Shown here: positions 25,849-39,879 of the stretch, one piece after another
Layout of the letters: every line of letters begins with the position of its first letter
Numbering within the stretch: position 1 is the first letter of the stretch
Assembly: GCA_951406725.2 (NCBI GenBank)
Contig: OX597827.1
Location: 37,200,001-37,264,000, forward strand
Source of the DNA: Octopus vulgaris
Taxonomy: Eukaryota
Length of the DNA stretch: 64,000 nt
Direction: 5' to 3'
Position numbers and translations under genes: made by a program
Notes under the pieces: generated by a model
Database searches by the model: none
The model's input: the letters and a program-made list of their open reading frames with translations, nothing else
What the model was told of the DNA's origin: nothing

Positions 25849-27009
25849 TAAAAGCTGTGCATTTAAAACATATTTGACATAGTTCATACAAAAACTACAA
25901 ATAAGCTTTATTATTCACATTCACTGAAAAAATTCCTGGAGAAAAGCATTTTTTATGAAACAACACCAGTACACCTAGGTCTTCTAAATTTTCAATCTGT
26001 TATTTCAAATTATTTATGTTTTTTGTTTTACTTAAAGCAACATTGAGTTAGCCATGACTAAGCTATGAAGTTTGTATGACTTTTGATGACCTCAGTGGGA
26101 AAAATCAAATCAGACTTAAGTATCATCAGTCTATTGTACGGCAGCTACTTACTTCAAAAGAATTCTTCAGGCTACAAGAAAGATTTAGAAATCTCTTATT
26201 AATGTGACGTAAGGCAAAAAATGGAAAATATATTATTCGGGAGCTTTATAATGAGTTGTGTGTATGCTATAACATAATGATTTATGATATCAATGAAATA
26301 TGTATTTTGTCTCGTTACAAGAGTGTTATATATAGAGATACATAGAATCTATTGCATATATACACATCTAGTGAATAAGTAAATAAGCTAAAGTCAAATA
26401 CCCGATACCTTTCAGTAAGTCGAATATAAAATATGATAGTGGAATAAAGCATAATACATGACATAGAATAATTAATTGTGCAACGAGTGTTAATACAAAT
26501 ACACATAGCATATTAAATATACATTGATGACATGTAGTGTATTGTATGTATTGATTAGATTTACCAATGAGAAAAAGGAGAAAATTATTTTGATCATCAG
26601 AACTTGTGCACATAAAAACCTTCAAATACAAAATGTAAATAGAATGTCTCTAGCCAGTAAGTAAGTAGAGCCTCTGTACAATAATTTAGAAAGTAAATCA
26701 TATAAAAGTATACAACTTGCACAAGTTGAAATGTTTGCTTACACCCCTATAACTTAGTGGTTTTGCACAAAATGGCTGACAAAATAAGTGGCAGGCTTAA
26801 AAAGTAAATAAGTACTGGGTTAAATTGTTTGACTAAAACTCTTGAAGGTGGTGCACCAGCATGGCTGCAGTCTAATGATTGAAACAAGTAAAAGGTAAAA
26901 GAAATGTAAAAGGTTGTTCAAGCTAAATTTGACAGTTTGCAAAAAAGGAAAAGCAGACACAGTCTCCCAAACAAAAATAAACGTATTCAAAAGAATCAAA
27001 AGTTATCAA

Positions 27010-27570
27010 CTAGATTATGGCTAAGAGATAACAGTTTGCTTGAAGTAGCTGCTCTCAGCTCACATCATGGTTTCAAAACAGCTGTAGAACCTGGTGAATG
27101 TGTTCCTCACTGTGTCCCTGGGAAGATCTTCAAACACATCCTTGATCTTAGGCACCAGCTCAGCCTTGGTGGTGCAAGCTGTGGTTGGTGTTTTTGTCAA
27201 CTATGGTCCACGCATAGTAATCCATGAGATTACACTCATGGTAATTAGGGGGTTAGAAATCGGGGCTGGTGAAATCATGGAAATTCTCCAACAACTACTT
27301 CTAACTTTTTCCAGGGGTAAGGCATGAAGCCGAATCTTGGTGCTATGCATATTACCTACCAGCAGCAACTCTCTCCAGTCAGGGATTGACCATTGGAACT
27401 GAGCTTAAGGCCTTGTTCAAAGACTTGGTGGGTGAATTCCAGGATGCAGACCCACTTAGAATGCTGTTGTGTCCCCTCCTGCTGCCCAGAACATCATAGT
27501 CTCTGTTGCAGCCTTACATGTCTTACAACCTTTAGAGAGTTCACAGAGCTTTGAGCCTCAGTCATGATGT
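27010..27570 (-). mobile_element. Tc1/mariner (maT/DD37D-like) transposase 3' relic; a possibly related 5' piece lies at 28400-28615 (+)
   Basis: Minus strand PPNYHECNLMDYYAW resembles the PPxSPDxNPxDYxxW motif. Confidence 0.55.
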
Positions 27571-27575
27571 TGGTA

Positions 27576-27882
27576 GTGGAGACACATGGCCTAGTGGTTA
27601 GAGCAGCAGACTCACAGTCAAGGGATTGAGGGTTCGAATCTCAGACCGGACGATGTGTGTGTTTATGAGCGAAACACCTAAGCTCCACGTGGCTCCGGCA
27701 GAAGGTAATGGCGAAACTTCTGCTGACTCTTTCACCACAACTTTCTCTCACTCTTTCCTCCTGCATCTTGCAGCTCACCTGCGATGGACCGGAGTCCCGT
27801 CCAGGTGGGGAACCTATATGCCAAGAAACCGGGAAACTGGACCTTATGAGCCAGGCATGGCTCAAGAAAGAACAAACAACAT
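27576..27882 (+). mobile_element. tRNA-derived SINE, family 3
   Basis: TGGCCTAGTGGTTAG..GGTTCGAATC; central block CTCTTTCACCACAACTTTCTCTCACTCTTTC shared with 50426-50727. Confidence 0.85.
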
Positions 27883-28903
27883 GATGTTGGCATTTTAATA
27901 CCTGCTGCTGAATCACCATGACACAAGTAACTCTTTACCAGTATTCAGATGGCTTCAAGTCTTCCATGTCAGCTAACTCTTACTCAACTACGACTTTAAT
28001 CTTCATGCTTTCTGTGTTGTTGACTCTTCACCAGTACCTCAAGCTGTTCCTGAAAAAGGGAGACAAAAATTTCATCATATTGAGTCTGAACGAACATTCT
28101 TTGAATGTGTGTGTGTGTGTGTGTGTGTATTACTATTTACACGTTTCAGTCATTTGACTGCAGCTATTCTGGAGCACCATCTTTAGTCGAACAAATCGAC
28201 CCCAAGACTTATTCTTTGTACTTATTCTGAACTGCTAAGTGTCTGGGACATAAACACACTAACATCAGTTGTCAGGCAATGGTGGGGGACAAATACAGGC
28301 ACAAAGACACACACACATAAATATGTACATTCATATATATATATATATGTATGTATATATGTATGTATGTATGTATATATGTATGTATGTGTGCATACAC
28401 AGAGTGGGATGGTTAAATTTTTGCCATTTTATATTTTTAATTTCATACATGTGCATTGTTTGTTTTTGATTTTGTCAATTACACAGTATAGTAGGGTCAG
28501 TTGAGCACCATCTGTGAGGAAAACAGCACCATGATGCAATTCACTCTGCCAAAAATTTGGAAACAACATGCTGTACTGCTTGGCATTCATGCTGAAAGCT
28601 CCAATACAAACATGAGTGCACCAAACTTCACGTGTGTGTATGCCCACATTTTTGCGGATGCTTGTATGAGCGAGTGTACTCGTGCAAAGCAGCTTGCTCG
28701 AGGGTGTTTATTCATCCATATGTGTTAACAGTTATTTTTAATACTTTTCTCATTGGGTTGCATGTTCGTTTCTCTTTTTGCCATCTGTGATTTTATTTTT
28801 TATCTTCTATATAAATGAAGATATTTCCTCTGTCTGGCTGCTTTTCTCTCTACAAAATGGAAAGTTACATTGTGGAACAGTCATTTTAACCAGTTGTGTG
28901 TGT

Positions 28904-28957
<54 letters not shown>

Positions 28958-28997
28958 TATCAGATCAGACTTTCTTGAAGAAATAAATTTTATATCT

Positions 28998-29056
<59 letters not shown>

Positions 29057-29763
29057 TTTAATGTTTATATATATATATAAATAGCTATATATAAAATACA
29101 TGCATATATATACTAGCTGAATATATCTGTGGTTCTGAAAAACCAATTTTCCTATATTTCTTTTGTTCTCATCAGACTTTTGCCCGTTTTGCTATTTGCG
29201 TGCAAATATTATTGCACTTTTTTAACTCCTTCCTTTGCTCTCCCTGTTGCTTTGTTGCTATTGTACATTTCTGTCAGTCAGTGTTACTTCTCAGCAACAT
29301 TAGTTTCATTTTGCTTGATATATTAGAAATCGAATTTCATATCTACTCCTTTGTAGATTATCAACTTTAAGAATAAATGACTTAATGGCTCTTACATGAT
29401 TGTTTGATCTGGGCTATCCTTCAAAAAGTTAAATTATTCTCTTAAATTATCAATATTTCTGAAGAATTTTGAAGGAAAGTATCACAATTTTCACATTTCT
29501 GTGGTCTTTCCCATTTAAACAATTTATATGATATTTTAACCACATTTATTTAGTTTTGTAATAAATATTGCATTGTACTTTTAAAAATATTTTGTTATTT
29601 TTGTCAAAATTTCTTAGGGATTTTCCACTTAAACAGGGCACCTTTTTCCTTTTCTTATATGTTCCTTTTTGTCTCTTTATATGTTACTGTGTAAATATGT
29701 TTTCCACCATGTTAATTGAAAAGCTGAATGAACAAGTAGATATGTGTGTGTTAATGGTGCAAA

Positions 29764-30157
29764 TCTCTCTATATATAAAGCTGAAGTTGTCTGTGTATGG
29801 CAGGCTTGGTAGCCTTCAACTAACACTATCTCCTCCGAGACCCTGTGGCGCAAGTTGACCAAAATTGAGAGTATGATAGAAGAAGGCTTGCTCTTCCTTC
29901 CATAAAAGAAAAACTTCAAATCAAACCATGTTAAGACCAAAAATTATTTACATCAAAAAGGTGCTTTTTTTTTCTACGAAAATCCCTATTTTTTACGATT
30001 TTTTTACTGCTGTGTCGCCATTTTTCGGTGTATTTCAACCAGAAAAATGTTCACTTAAAGAGAATAACAAGCTACATAATGCAAAATTTTTACTTTTCAA
30101 AAATTGCAATTCTAAAGGGTCGAAACAAACCCGAGCAACGCCAGGCAATACTGCTAG
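29764..30157 (+). mobile_element. Non-autonomous Helitron
   Basis: A|TC start and CCCGAGCAACGCCAGG..CTGCTAG|T end; termini shared with 23114-23507. Confidence 0.88.
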
Positions 30158-30864
30158 TAAAAGAAAAAGTTATCCAGTTTAGTATAACTTAATTTGGTTA
30201 GTAAAAAGTGGCTAAAACTCTGAGCGTATTTTTTATTTACCAAAGACTCATTTGAATCATGCTAGATTCATCGATCATTCATTTTAGCTGAAGACAAACA
30301 TTAAACGGGATGGACAAAATATGATCTTTTGATTGGTCAGTGGGATCAGAAGGTTAATAGGGAGAGAGGAAGAGATACTTTGATGTAGTCAAAATTATAA
30401 TATATTGAAGTTAAAAATCAAAATTAGGTAAAAGTGGGATAACTTGCGTATGGTTAGTAGGTTTGTAGACATGTAATTTTCCTTAATGCATGGGACTTAA
30501 GGCAATGAACCCTTAGTTGATACCAATGACTTCAACATAATATAAAAATATGTGTATTGGCAGGAGAGGCAGTATTATTAACTGCAAAAGGTAATATTTA
30601 TCTCTATTTAAATATGAATGTTCACTCAGGCTCATGGAGCCCACACTTGCAGACAGCAATCTCCACTAAATGACAGGACTTGACTTTATCCAGAAAAGTA
30701 AATATAAACTGGTGGAAATCCAGTGACAAGATATTAAAATAAGGTGAAAGTTCATATAATTAACTGGCAACTCATATCCAGTAATAGTTCACCTATTACA
30801 CTGCACCAGCTAACTCAATAAAAACAATATTTGGAATTGTATATAGAATTACTGGTCAAAATCA

Positions 30865-31270
30865 CCATCATTTAATGACCATTTCCCATGCTGGCATGGG
30901 TTAGATGGCTTGACTGGAGCTGGTAAGCCAGAGAGTTGCACCAGACTCCAGTCTGTTTTGACTTGGTTTCTACAGCTGGATGCCCTTCTTAATGCCAACT
31001 ACTCTAAAGAGTGTAATGGGTGTCCTTTAGATGTCACTAGCCCTGGTGCCTTTTACATATCACCAGAACTAGTACCTTTTATGTGTTATCAGCACTGACC
31101 ATGACCATGATTTCACTTAGCTTTATGCATCTTCTCAAGCACAGCAAATTGCCAGAAGTTTCAGTCACTTGTCACAGATTCCATGAGACTCAACAACCAA
31201 AGATCATATTTCCCCACCTTGTCCCACATCTTGCTGGGTCTTTCCACAATTAGAGATCAGCACTTTTAAA
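30865..31270 (-). mobile_element. RTE LINE 3' end, decayed
   Basis: Reverse complement of the RTE tail (GGTTTCTACAGCTGGATGCCCTTC). Confidence 0.75.
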
Positions 31271-31539
31271 CAAGATGAATTCTGAAGCAGGTACTTGATA
31301 AATTAATATCATAGAATAAGTAACAGGCTTCAAATAGAGATAACTACTTGTGTCAGTTTGTTCAAGGCAGTGCATCAGCATGGTTGCAGTCCAATGACTG
31401 AAACAAGATATATATATTTCGTTTTTTGATTTCCTCATAAGGGATTATTTATAACCATCCAGATACCAACTTGTGTTATCAAATATATTGAAAGAAAGTT
31501 CCACAATATATATGTATAAACAGTCCAATAATGTGTAAA

Positions 31540-32664
31540 GTTAATAAAAGAAAATGGAGAAGAAAAAAGATAGTGGCTACTTGGTTAGATATATTTGTAT
31601 CACAATGAAAGAGTAATACATATAAGATTCAGGATATAAAGGGGCTGGATCAACAAAAGAAATAACCAAAGAAATAACTAAAAAAAAAAAATCCTACATG
31701 TTTCAATCTAGCTTTAGGTTTGAATTATCTGCATTCAAGCTGTTTTAAATGTAAAAAAAACCACATTTAGTCATATATCTTCAGGGATAGATGTGTACTT
31801 TCAGGTGTTGAACAACGAAAGAAACTAAGGTGAGGATCGTGTTTTCAAATATTCAAATATAAACAATAATTTATTAGGATACCAAGTTCATGTGAGGAGA
31901 TATTATACATTGAAATTTTGCTAAAATACTATAATGTATTAGAAAGATATACATAAGGGATTAAGGGATATAAATAAGTCATTTGTCATGGGCTTTTAAG
32001 GGTATTAAAACAGAATGAGAGATGAAATAGATTTTTGAGGGGAAAAAACATGAATGATTTTGGGAAATAAAAGAAGAAAATAACTCTATATATACTATAA
32101 TAATTATTAATATTTATCATTTCTATGTACTAACATAGAAATGATAGATATTCAGAGAAAAGTTATTGTTTACATACTACAGAGATGAATATATCTTTGC
32201 AAAAAAGTAAGTGTACAGAGAGAAAAGTATATTTTATGAGGGGGGAAAATAAAGAAATGAGACGAAATGGGGAAAAAGTGGGATAAAAACACATGATTTT
32301 TTATGTGGAGTATAAGGTATAAAAAAAAAAAAAGATTTACGCTTGAATATTTTTAAACACGGTCCTCACCTTAGCTTATTTCATTGTTCAATACCTGAAA
32401 GTACACATCTATTCCTGAAGATATCTGACTAAATGTGTTTTTTTTTATTACATCTAAAATAGATTGAATGCTGATAATTCAAACCTAAAGCCAGATTGAA
32501 ACATATTTTGAATTTTTTTTTATTTACTTCTTTGGTTATTCCTTTCATTGAGCCAGTCCCTTTATATCCTGAATCTTATAAGCATTACCTTTTCATTGTG
32601 ATACAAATAAATTTAACCAAGTATCCACTATATTTTTTCTTCTCCATTTTCTGTTATTAACTTT
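31540..32664. mobile_element. Fold-back element with diverged ~320-bp inverted arms
   Basis: 31540-31856 is the reverse complement of 32343-32664; AT-rich spacer; (TA)n on the right. Confidence 0.85.
31691..31788 (-). ncRNA. Hammerhead motif with long stem II (mirror about 32411-32506, plus)
   Basis: Minus strand atcc-CTGAAGA-t..~70 nt..GAAACATGTA-ggat; the mirror arm shows the ATCTG/CAGAT base of stem II. Confidence 0.68.
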
Positions 32665-32684
32665 ATATATTATATGTATGTTTG

Positions 32685-32766
<82 letters not shown>

Positions 32767-32829
32767 TTAGATAGATATACATACTTATATATACATATAA
32801 AGAATATACACATGTACATATATATACAG

Positions 32830-32875
<46 letters not shown>

Positions 32876-32956
32876 TATATATATACATATATATATAAAT
32901 ATATATACATACATATATATATATATATACACACACACATATATATATATATACAT

Positions 32957-33290
32957 GTGAAGGCTTGTGGCTAAATGGTTAGGGGCATTCAGCTAATGAT
33001 CGTAAGGTCGTGAGTTCAATTCGCAGCGGCACGTTGGGTCCTTGAGCAAGACACTTTATTTCACATTGCTCCAGTCCACTCAGCTGGCAAAAATGAGTAG
33101 TACCTGTATTTCAAAGGCTCAGCCTTGTCACTCTCTGTGTCATGCTGAATCTCCCCGAGAACTACGTTAAGGGTACACGTGTTTGTGGAGTGCTCAGCCA
33201 CTTGCATGTTAATTTCATGAGCAAAGCTGTTCCATTGATCATATCAGCTGGGACCCTCGGTGTCACAACTGACAGAGTGCTCCTTTTCTT
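32957..33290 (+). mobile_element. tRNA-derived SINE with CORE-like centre, family 4; a related head lies at 50754-50880
   Basis: A/B boxes followed by GTCCTTGAGCAAGACACTT..TTGCTCCAGTCCACTCAGCTG..AAATGAGTA. Confidence 0.8.
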
Positions 33291-33615
33291 TTATATACAT
33301 ATATCCAATGATATACATACATATATACATACATATATATACATATACATATACATACATACATACATACATACATACATACATGCATGCATATATACAT
33401 AGTGAAACTATTTATAACTTATTCTGTCAAAGGTTTCACTTTCATTCTTCAAATTTTGGGATGTGATATGGAACCATTGCCAATGTTGGATTGTTTTAAT
33501 CCAGAAAAATTACATGGGGTATGATAGTATTACCATGTAAAATTTGATTTGATTTGGTCGAACCATTTCAGAATACATTCGGAACAGCTAGAGGTACAAA
33601 GGATTTTATATATAG

Positions 33616-33863
33616 ATTAACAAATTAGTTGTCTTCACTTCTTATAGCCATTTCAATTAATACTCAATGATTTAATTACAAATTTGTACATTAAATTTGC
33701 ATTTATGTTACATGAGTATAAATTTCATCAGAGAAAAAAGATGTACCTTGGGATTATATATGAACCTGTCACATAATTGCAAATTTAATGTACAAATTTG
33801 TAATTAAATTATCGAGCATTAATTGAAACGGCTGTAAGAAGCGAAGCTGACCGATTTGTTAAT
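33616..33863. mobile_element. Miniature fold-back element
   Basis: About 100-bp arms at 33616-33715 and 33765-33863. Confidence 0.8.
33639..33735 (-). ncRNA. Hammerhead motif with long stem II
   Basis: Minus strand ttct-CTGATGA-AATTTATACTCA..TGAGTATTAATT-GAAA-TGGCTATA-agaa; the other arm reads GAAACGGCTGTA-agaa. Confidence 0.75.
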
Positions 33864-34270
33864 GATAAATAATTTTTAACTTCCTTATATCCATTTTCTT
33901 TTCTTGTTTTAACTGGTAGTTCTAATCAGTTTAATTTATGTATTGAACCAGTGTTTCCTTGGATGCAACCATCTCTTCACAAGGTTAACATATCCTCTAA
34001 TTAAATTTGTGTGTGTGTGTGTGCACGCGCGTGTGTGTGTAGATAGATAGATGGATAGATAGACATTTTATTCTTTTACTTATTTCAGTCATTTGACTGC
34101 ACCATGCTTTGAAAGGTGACCCCAGGACTTATTTTTATTTTCAAAGCCTAGTACTTATTCCATTGGCTCTTTTGCTGAACTGCTATGTTGCGGAAACATT
34201 AACATACCAACACTGGTTGTCAAGCAGTGATGGGAGGAAAACAAAGACACACGCACACATAGATATACAC

Positions 34271-35290
34271 ATCATCATCTTCATCATCATTTAATGTCCA
34301 CTTTCCATGCTAGCATGGATTAGACAGTTTGACAGGGACTGGTATGCCAAAGAGCTGTACCAGGTTCCAGTATGATTTGGCATGGTTTCCACAGCTGGAT
34401 GCCCTTCCTAATGCCAACCACTCTGAGTGTGTAATGGGCACTTTTTACGTGCCACCAGCATGGGTGCCATTTACATTAACACTAGTAGTGTTCATGACTA
34501 TGGTTTCATGGGTGCCATTTACATGACACTGGCAATGGTCCAACATTTGAGGCCCAATGTTTGATGATCATGCTTCACCACCTTATCCCATGTCTTCCTG
34601 TGTCTTCCTCTTCCACAGGTTCCCTTGACAGTTAGAGATCAGCACTTCTTTACACAACTGTTCTTGCTCATATGCATCATATGACCATACCAACATATTT
34701 ATCTCTCTTGCTTCTCATATCTGATGTCTCTTATGCCCAGTTTTTCTCTGAGATACCTATGCTCTGTTGCTCATGCACACTTGCATTTCACATCTAATGA
34801 AGTATACTAGTTTAATTTCTTTCAAGCCTTCACATGTCCTCAGCAGTCACAGCCTATGGTTCACTGCTGTGGAGCATGGCAGTTCACACATAGGCATCAT
34901 ACAATATGCCTTTCAATCTGATGGGGAGGCCCTTTGTTACTGACAGAAGTGGAAGCTCTCTGAACTTTGCTCAGCCTATTCTTATTCTAGCAGCTACACT
35001 CTCAGAGCATCCACCTCCACTGCTGAACTGGTCACATAGATAATGGAAGCTATCAACTACTTATAGTATTCCCCCTGGCGTTTCATGGAGTCTATTTTCA
35101 TTACATTTCTAGAATTTATTGTACCTGTACATCTGCCACACATGAAGACTATTTTCCCAGTTAACCTTCCTATGATATTGCTGCATCTCTTACGTGTCCA
35201 TAACTTGCACCGGGTACATCTTATGGAGTTTCTACCTATGCCTTTTCTACATATTGAGCAGGGCCATCTACATGACGGGATTTGTGACTT
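34271..35290 (-). mobile_element. RTE LINE 3' portion adjoining a family 1 SINE half (34067-34270)
   Basis: (CAT)n tail, ORF end and Cys-rich WPCSICRKGIGRNSIRCTRCKLW segment. Confidence 0.82.
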
Positions 35291-35293
35291 GTC

Positions 35294-35329
<36 letters not shown>

Positions 35330-35767
35330 CTTTGATACTTTGATAGGTTTCGGCCATTATTGGCCCAGGCCATGTCTAACTTAATAGCACCACCTGTGTA
35401 TATATGTATATATTCTCTTCTACTTGTTTCAGCCATGTGTTTCAGGATCTAATAAAATTGAAATATTTTGATAACAAAGGCATCAAGGTAGAGTTGCGGA
35501 TAACATATCTTGTATTAACAATGTGTACAGACAGTCATGTACTAAGACATATACAAATTTGTCTTTCCCGTTACAATTACATCCACATGTATAGACTAAA
35601 TACATCCAACATATACGTCCTATACTATTTGTGTGAAAAATCCTAAATGTTAACTTTTCTTTCTTTTTTTTCCACCTGAAGAGAACATTTTTTTTTTTTA
35701 CATGATGCAATTGATTCATTTATCAATAAAAAAGATGTCTGAAACAGTCTATTTCTGAACCTTATCT

Positions 35768-35773
35768 TGTTTG

Positions 35774-35804
<31 letters not shown>

Positions 35805-35826
35805 ATTGTTATTATTATTATTGTTG

Positions 35827-35901
<75 letters not shown>

Positions 35902-35902
35902 T
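35768..35902. repeat. (TTG)/(TTA)/(TAA) microsatellite
   Basis: Seen directly. Confidence 0.95.
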
Positions 35903-36319
35903 TAGGGAGTATGGCTCCAAACTTACAGGGAAAAATTAGATTTAGTATTAAAACAAATTTCACAGTATAAATGTATAAAATATGAATTAGAGATAAAACC
36001 ACTATTATGCAACTCAAACAGTGATAGACATAAACCAATGCATAAATAACAAATAATATAAATATAATTAATATAATTTATAATATATATATAATTTTTT
36101 TTCCAAAAAGTATAAAAAGAATGATAAATATAATATGATAAGTAATAAGTAATGTAATAAGTAAATATAATAAGTAAATATAATAAGTAAATATAATAGA
36201 ATATAAGCTGTTCCTTGATGGTTTTCTTTTTTATATTTGTTAACATAGTGCACAAATATGAGTAATTGACCATTGTTTTGGAACATAAATTGATTCATAA
36301 AGTTTTATACTGATTCTTG

Positions 36320-36680
36320 CATGACAGTTTATAATCTCATTGATAACTTGATTTGTCATGTTCTGATTTATATCCTTAAATTTTGGTGTTCAATGTCACT
36401 GGACAAAGGCATTAGCTTCAGTCGCTTCATTGCATCCATTCTCTGTACAGTTTTGTCATTTCCAGTGTACAAGACATTACTTTGCTTTCTTCAGTAGAGT
36501 GGGATTTATTTTCTTTAGCAATTACACATGAAATTTTGAAGGAAGGTTTGTAAAAGTTTTTTTCTAGAAGGAGCAAATACCGATACTGATGTAGTTCTTT
36601 CTGATCTTAATGAATTCTTTACGTGGTCATTTTGGCATCACTGATTTCAGGCTGACTTATTTGATGTCAGGCATGTTAAT
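36320..36680 (-). mobile_element. hAT (Charlie/Buster-like) transposase relic
   Basis: PSFKISCVIAKENKSHSTEE..SCTLEM..KDINQNMTNQVINEI resembles ASYxxSxxIAKxKKPHTIGE..DMxxDIxxQVI. Confidence 0.5.
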
Positions 36681-37729
36681 GCTTCTTTTGGTCTCCCCAC
36701 CACGTTCTCCTTATTTCTCTCTCTCACTCTTTCTGTTTATTTGTGTGAGCATTAGCTATGTTCTATGTATGAGTAGTCTCTCTCTCTCTCTCTCTCCCTC
36801 TCTGTCACTGTATCTGTATATGTGTATATTTTTGCATGTACACACACACAGACACGTGCGCGCGTGTGTGTGTGTGTGTGCCAAAACAGGCTGAATGTTC
36901 AGTCAGCCGTACCAAATCATTGACATCCAAACAGCTGCACTCAATTGTCTCATTCTAATCATCAATTGAAGTGCTTACCTAATTTCTTTACTTGCTTTCA
37001 AGATGTTTACTCAGCCTTCCTGTCTCTGTATTTTCATTGCTTATTATCAAATTGCAAGCCATGCATCATTGTATTACTTACATCCTCTTTGTCATACAGA
37101 TGAAGCTGAAATCAACATATTTCATAATCCACTTCCATTTTTGACAAACAATATTTTGTAAAAATAATTCATTCTTTTAAACAATGGAAAGAAAAACAAT
37201 CAGCAAATTCCAAATAAAAATTTTAATATCAAATGAAAAATAGTTTTATTGAAGAAATTTTATCATTCACATTGATTTTATTGTACAAAGATGATACAAC
37301 AATACAATGTGAATGACTAGTTAGGAAGGCGCCACCATTTTCACTTATTATTGTGAAGACACCTGAATAGACTGAAACTACACAGATATGATGAGTAATC
37401 TAAACCAGACGAATATCAAGCAGCAGAACATCAGAAATCAGTCTTGCCACTTTGGTATATGCAAATTAGAAGTTTCCAGTTCTCTACAGCTACTAGATCC
37501 GATGTGTATTCATGTTTCTCTGGGACTGGTCAAGTGATGTAGCTACCTCTGAAGAAACCCCTTGATTTCAGTCTGCAGTTAAACAGGTAAAAATAATGTC
37601 TGTGTGTCCACTATGTAGGTTTACATTTAATAATGTTTGTACACATTCTTCAAAATTCTGGGTGTTTTTATGACTTATTCAGCTGAGGGATGTGATGAGG
37701 TGGCTAGTTTTTGTAGTGCGGGTGGGTGA

Positions 37730-38560
37730 AAGCTTAAATTTGCCTAATACTCTGTATTGGGGTTAGTGGGGTGGAGGGAAAGGAAAGAGAGAAGCAGGGA
37801 GTGGAAAAGAAAGAATGGGATTGTTTGAGAGTGCTAGTTGAATATGTATGTGTCAGGTGATGTGTAAGTGTGTGTGGGGGTGTGTACATGTGCAGAGAGT
37901 AGATTTGTGCAGATATGTGTGTGTTAACATCACAGTATATGTGTGTGTGGGGGGGTGAAAAGTGGACAAATTGGTATACATATGTGTGCATCACAAGGTA
38001 GGCAGGAGACAAGATGGTAGAAGAAACAAGATATGTGTATGTGTCAGAGGTACAAATGTATGGGAAAGGGGAGTATGACAGGAAGGAGAGTGAGTGTGGA
38101 ACCGACCTCCTGGTGTGGGTGTCTTAAGGGTATGTGCATGGGTGTGTGCATGGTATGGGACGAAATGTAAGGTAGTGGGAGGTGTGAGATGTATGGAGTA
38201 AAGTGGCAAAGGGAGTGGAGATGGAGACAAAGGGAAGTGGTGTGTAGCGATGGGGCAGATGAAAAGACAAAAGTTAGAAAAATTGAGAAGAATTCAGACT
38301 GAAAGGTGTATTTGTTTGGAGAAAAAAGTGAGCTTTTGATCCTTCCAGAGGTGAGTAGTGGGAGAGCCAGTGGTGTTGGTCATTTTGAAGGCCGAAAAAT
38401 TGTGTTTGTATAAGTGATGCATGTGTGTGTATGTGTCTTTGTGAAACAGAAAGATGTGAGAAGGTGTTTTGGTTAGTATTGTATCTCTTCTTGCAAGCAG
38501 TCATAACATGCCTGAAAATCCTGTGCATCCACATGTGGAATTCAGAGTAAGCAAGAGGTT
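37730..38560 (-). mobile_element. Possible decayed PLE GIY-YIG end with CA/CT-rich UTR
   Basis: CKKRYNTNQNTF..FFLQTNTPFSLN resembles the PLE terminus LxTxxPxGLN; layout similar to 21088-22410. Confidence 0.4.
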
Positions 38561-39879
38561 GACTGAACCAAAATAAAATATATTATGATATATCATAGTA
38601 AAGAATTGAACCAGTGTGTGAGTTATTGATATTGGCATAATGACTCTCTCTCTCCCTAGACACCACAAAATATGGTGTTAATGTCATAGTCATTTTTTAA
38701 AACAGTAATACAGTGGTAGAAATGGTAGCATATATGGGAAAATATTTTATGATATTTAGTAGTGTCCCTTAAATTGTATGGAGAAAGTTAGTGAGACAAT
38801 TAGCCATTGTTCTCTGGATGCTGAAGATTTGGCACAGGTGACTGAACAAGTTAGTGATGAGATGTTTTGATACTGGAGGCAAATATATGCATGTGTGCAA
38901 AGAAATATACGCATACAGAATAACAGAGGGAGAGGAGGGAAAGAGATGACACATACGTATAAACATGACTAGATGCTCATGCATATAATCAGAGAGAAAG
39001 AGAGAACAAGAGAAATCTCTGATGGCAAATAAGTCAGAGTTGAATAAGCAGTGCTAAAATAGCTGTGCCAGAACGTCAATACCCCTTTCGTCTTACTGAG
39101 GCCAAATGTTAATTATTGTTGTTTTTGCTGTTGTTGTTGGGCAATCCCAGGTCAGATGTAATCTTGCAAACCTGTGATCGACTATGTGCTAATTGTGATT
39201 ATCCCAACTTTTATTCAAATGCTGTGTATCTAAGACTAAATTGTCCAAAAGTATGCTCACAATTTTTATGCCTGTATGGTTGGGATGGGATGAAGGTTGG
39301 CTGCTTTTTCTAAAGGCTAAGTGACCTTCTACATGGGCTGTGGATAATGGTTGTAGCAGTCTGATAGAACCAAGGAAACTGTTTCCATTAGTCAGCAGAA
39401 TTCTGCTTTAAGCATGCCATCTAACCTATCATAACATTTCTATTTTTCGAATTTTCAGAAAATTTTTGCAAATTTGTATTCTACACATGGGAATTCATGT
39501 GACTATGAAACAAATAATCTTTTTTAATTCCTTTTTTCCCATGTATGAACCGACGATAAAGAAGTTATCATCTGCTAAATACTTAGAGTTAATTCACTCT
39601 TCTTTTCACAAAGACGTTTCAAGTCAACGTTGAAGGTGAAATACCTTATTAATTTCGTTTTTATTATTTATAAAATTATAATCACTCATTCATCTATTCC
39701 AAAGTTAGAAAGATAGATTTCTAAAGGGCAGATTGCTATTACTTAATATCGTATCCCTTTTGGTGTTGTAGTTTTCCTTCATGTTCTGTTCACAAAACCA
39801 TCTAAAGTTTAAACTGAAGGTGAAGTCCCTTACTATATTTATTGAAAAATATTCAACAATTACATTAATTTATTAATTC

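Noticed and set aside
26040-26215. Possible host exon (SYEVCMTFDDL..RNLLLM)
   Set aside because: Short and stop-bounded, with no recognisable homology or partner exons.
27576-27650. tRNA gene candidates (also 14181, 32957, 48127, 50426)
   Set aside because: The A/B boxes run into SINE bodies; no full cloverleaf or terminator.
35340-35450. Hammerhead-like halves (GGCCGAAACCTATC and CTGAAAC..GAAACAAGTA on the minus strand)
   Set aside because: No valid CUGANGA core with stem I; at most decayed relics.
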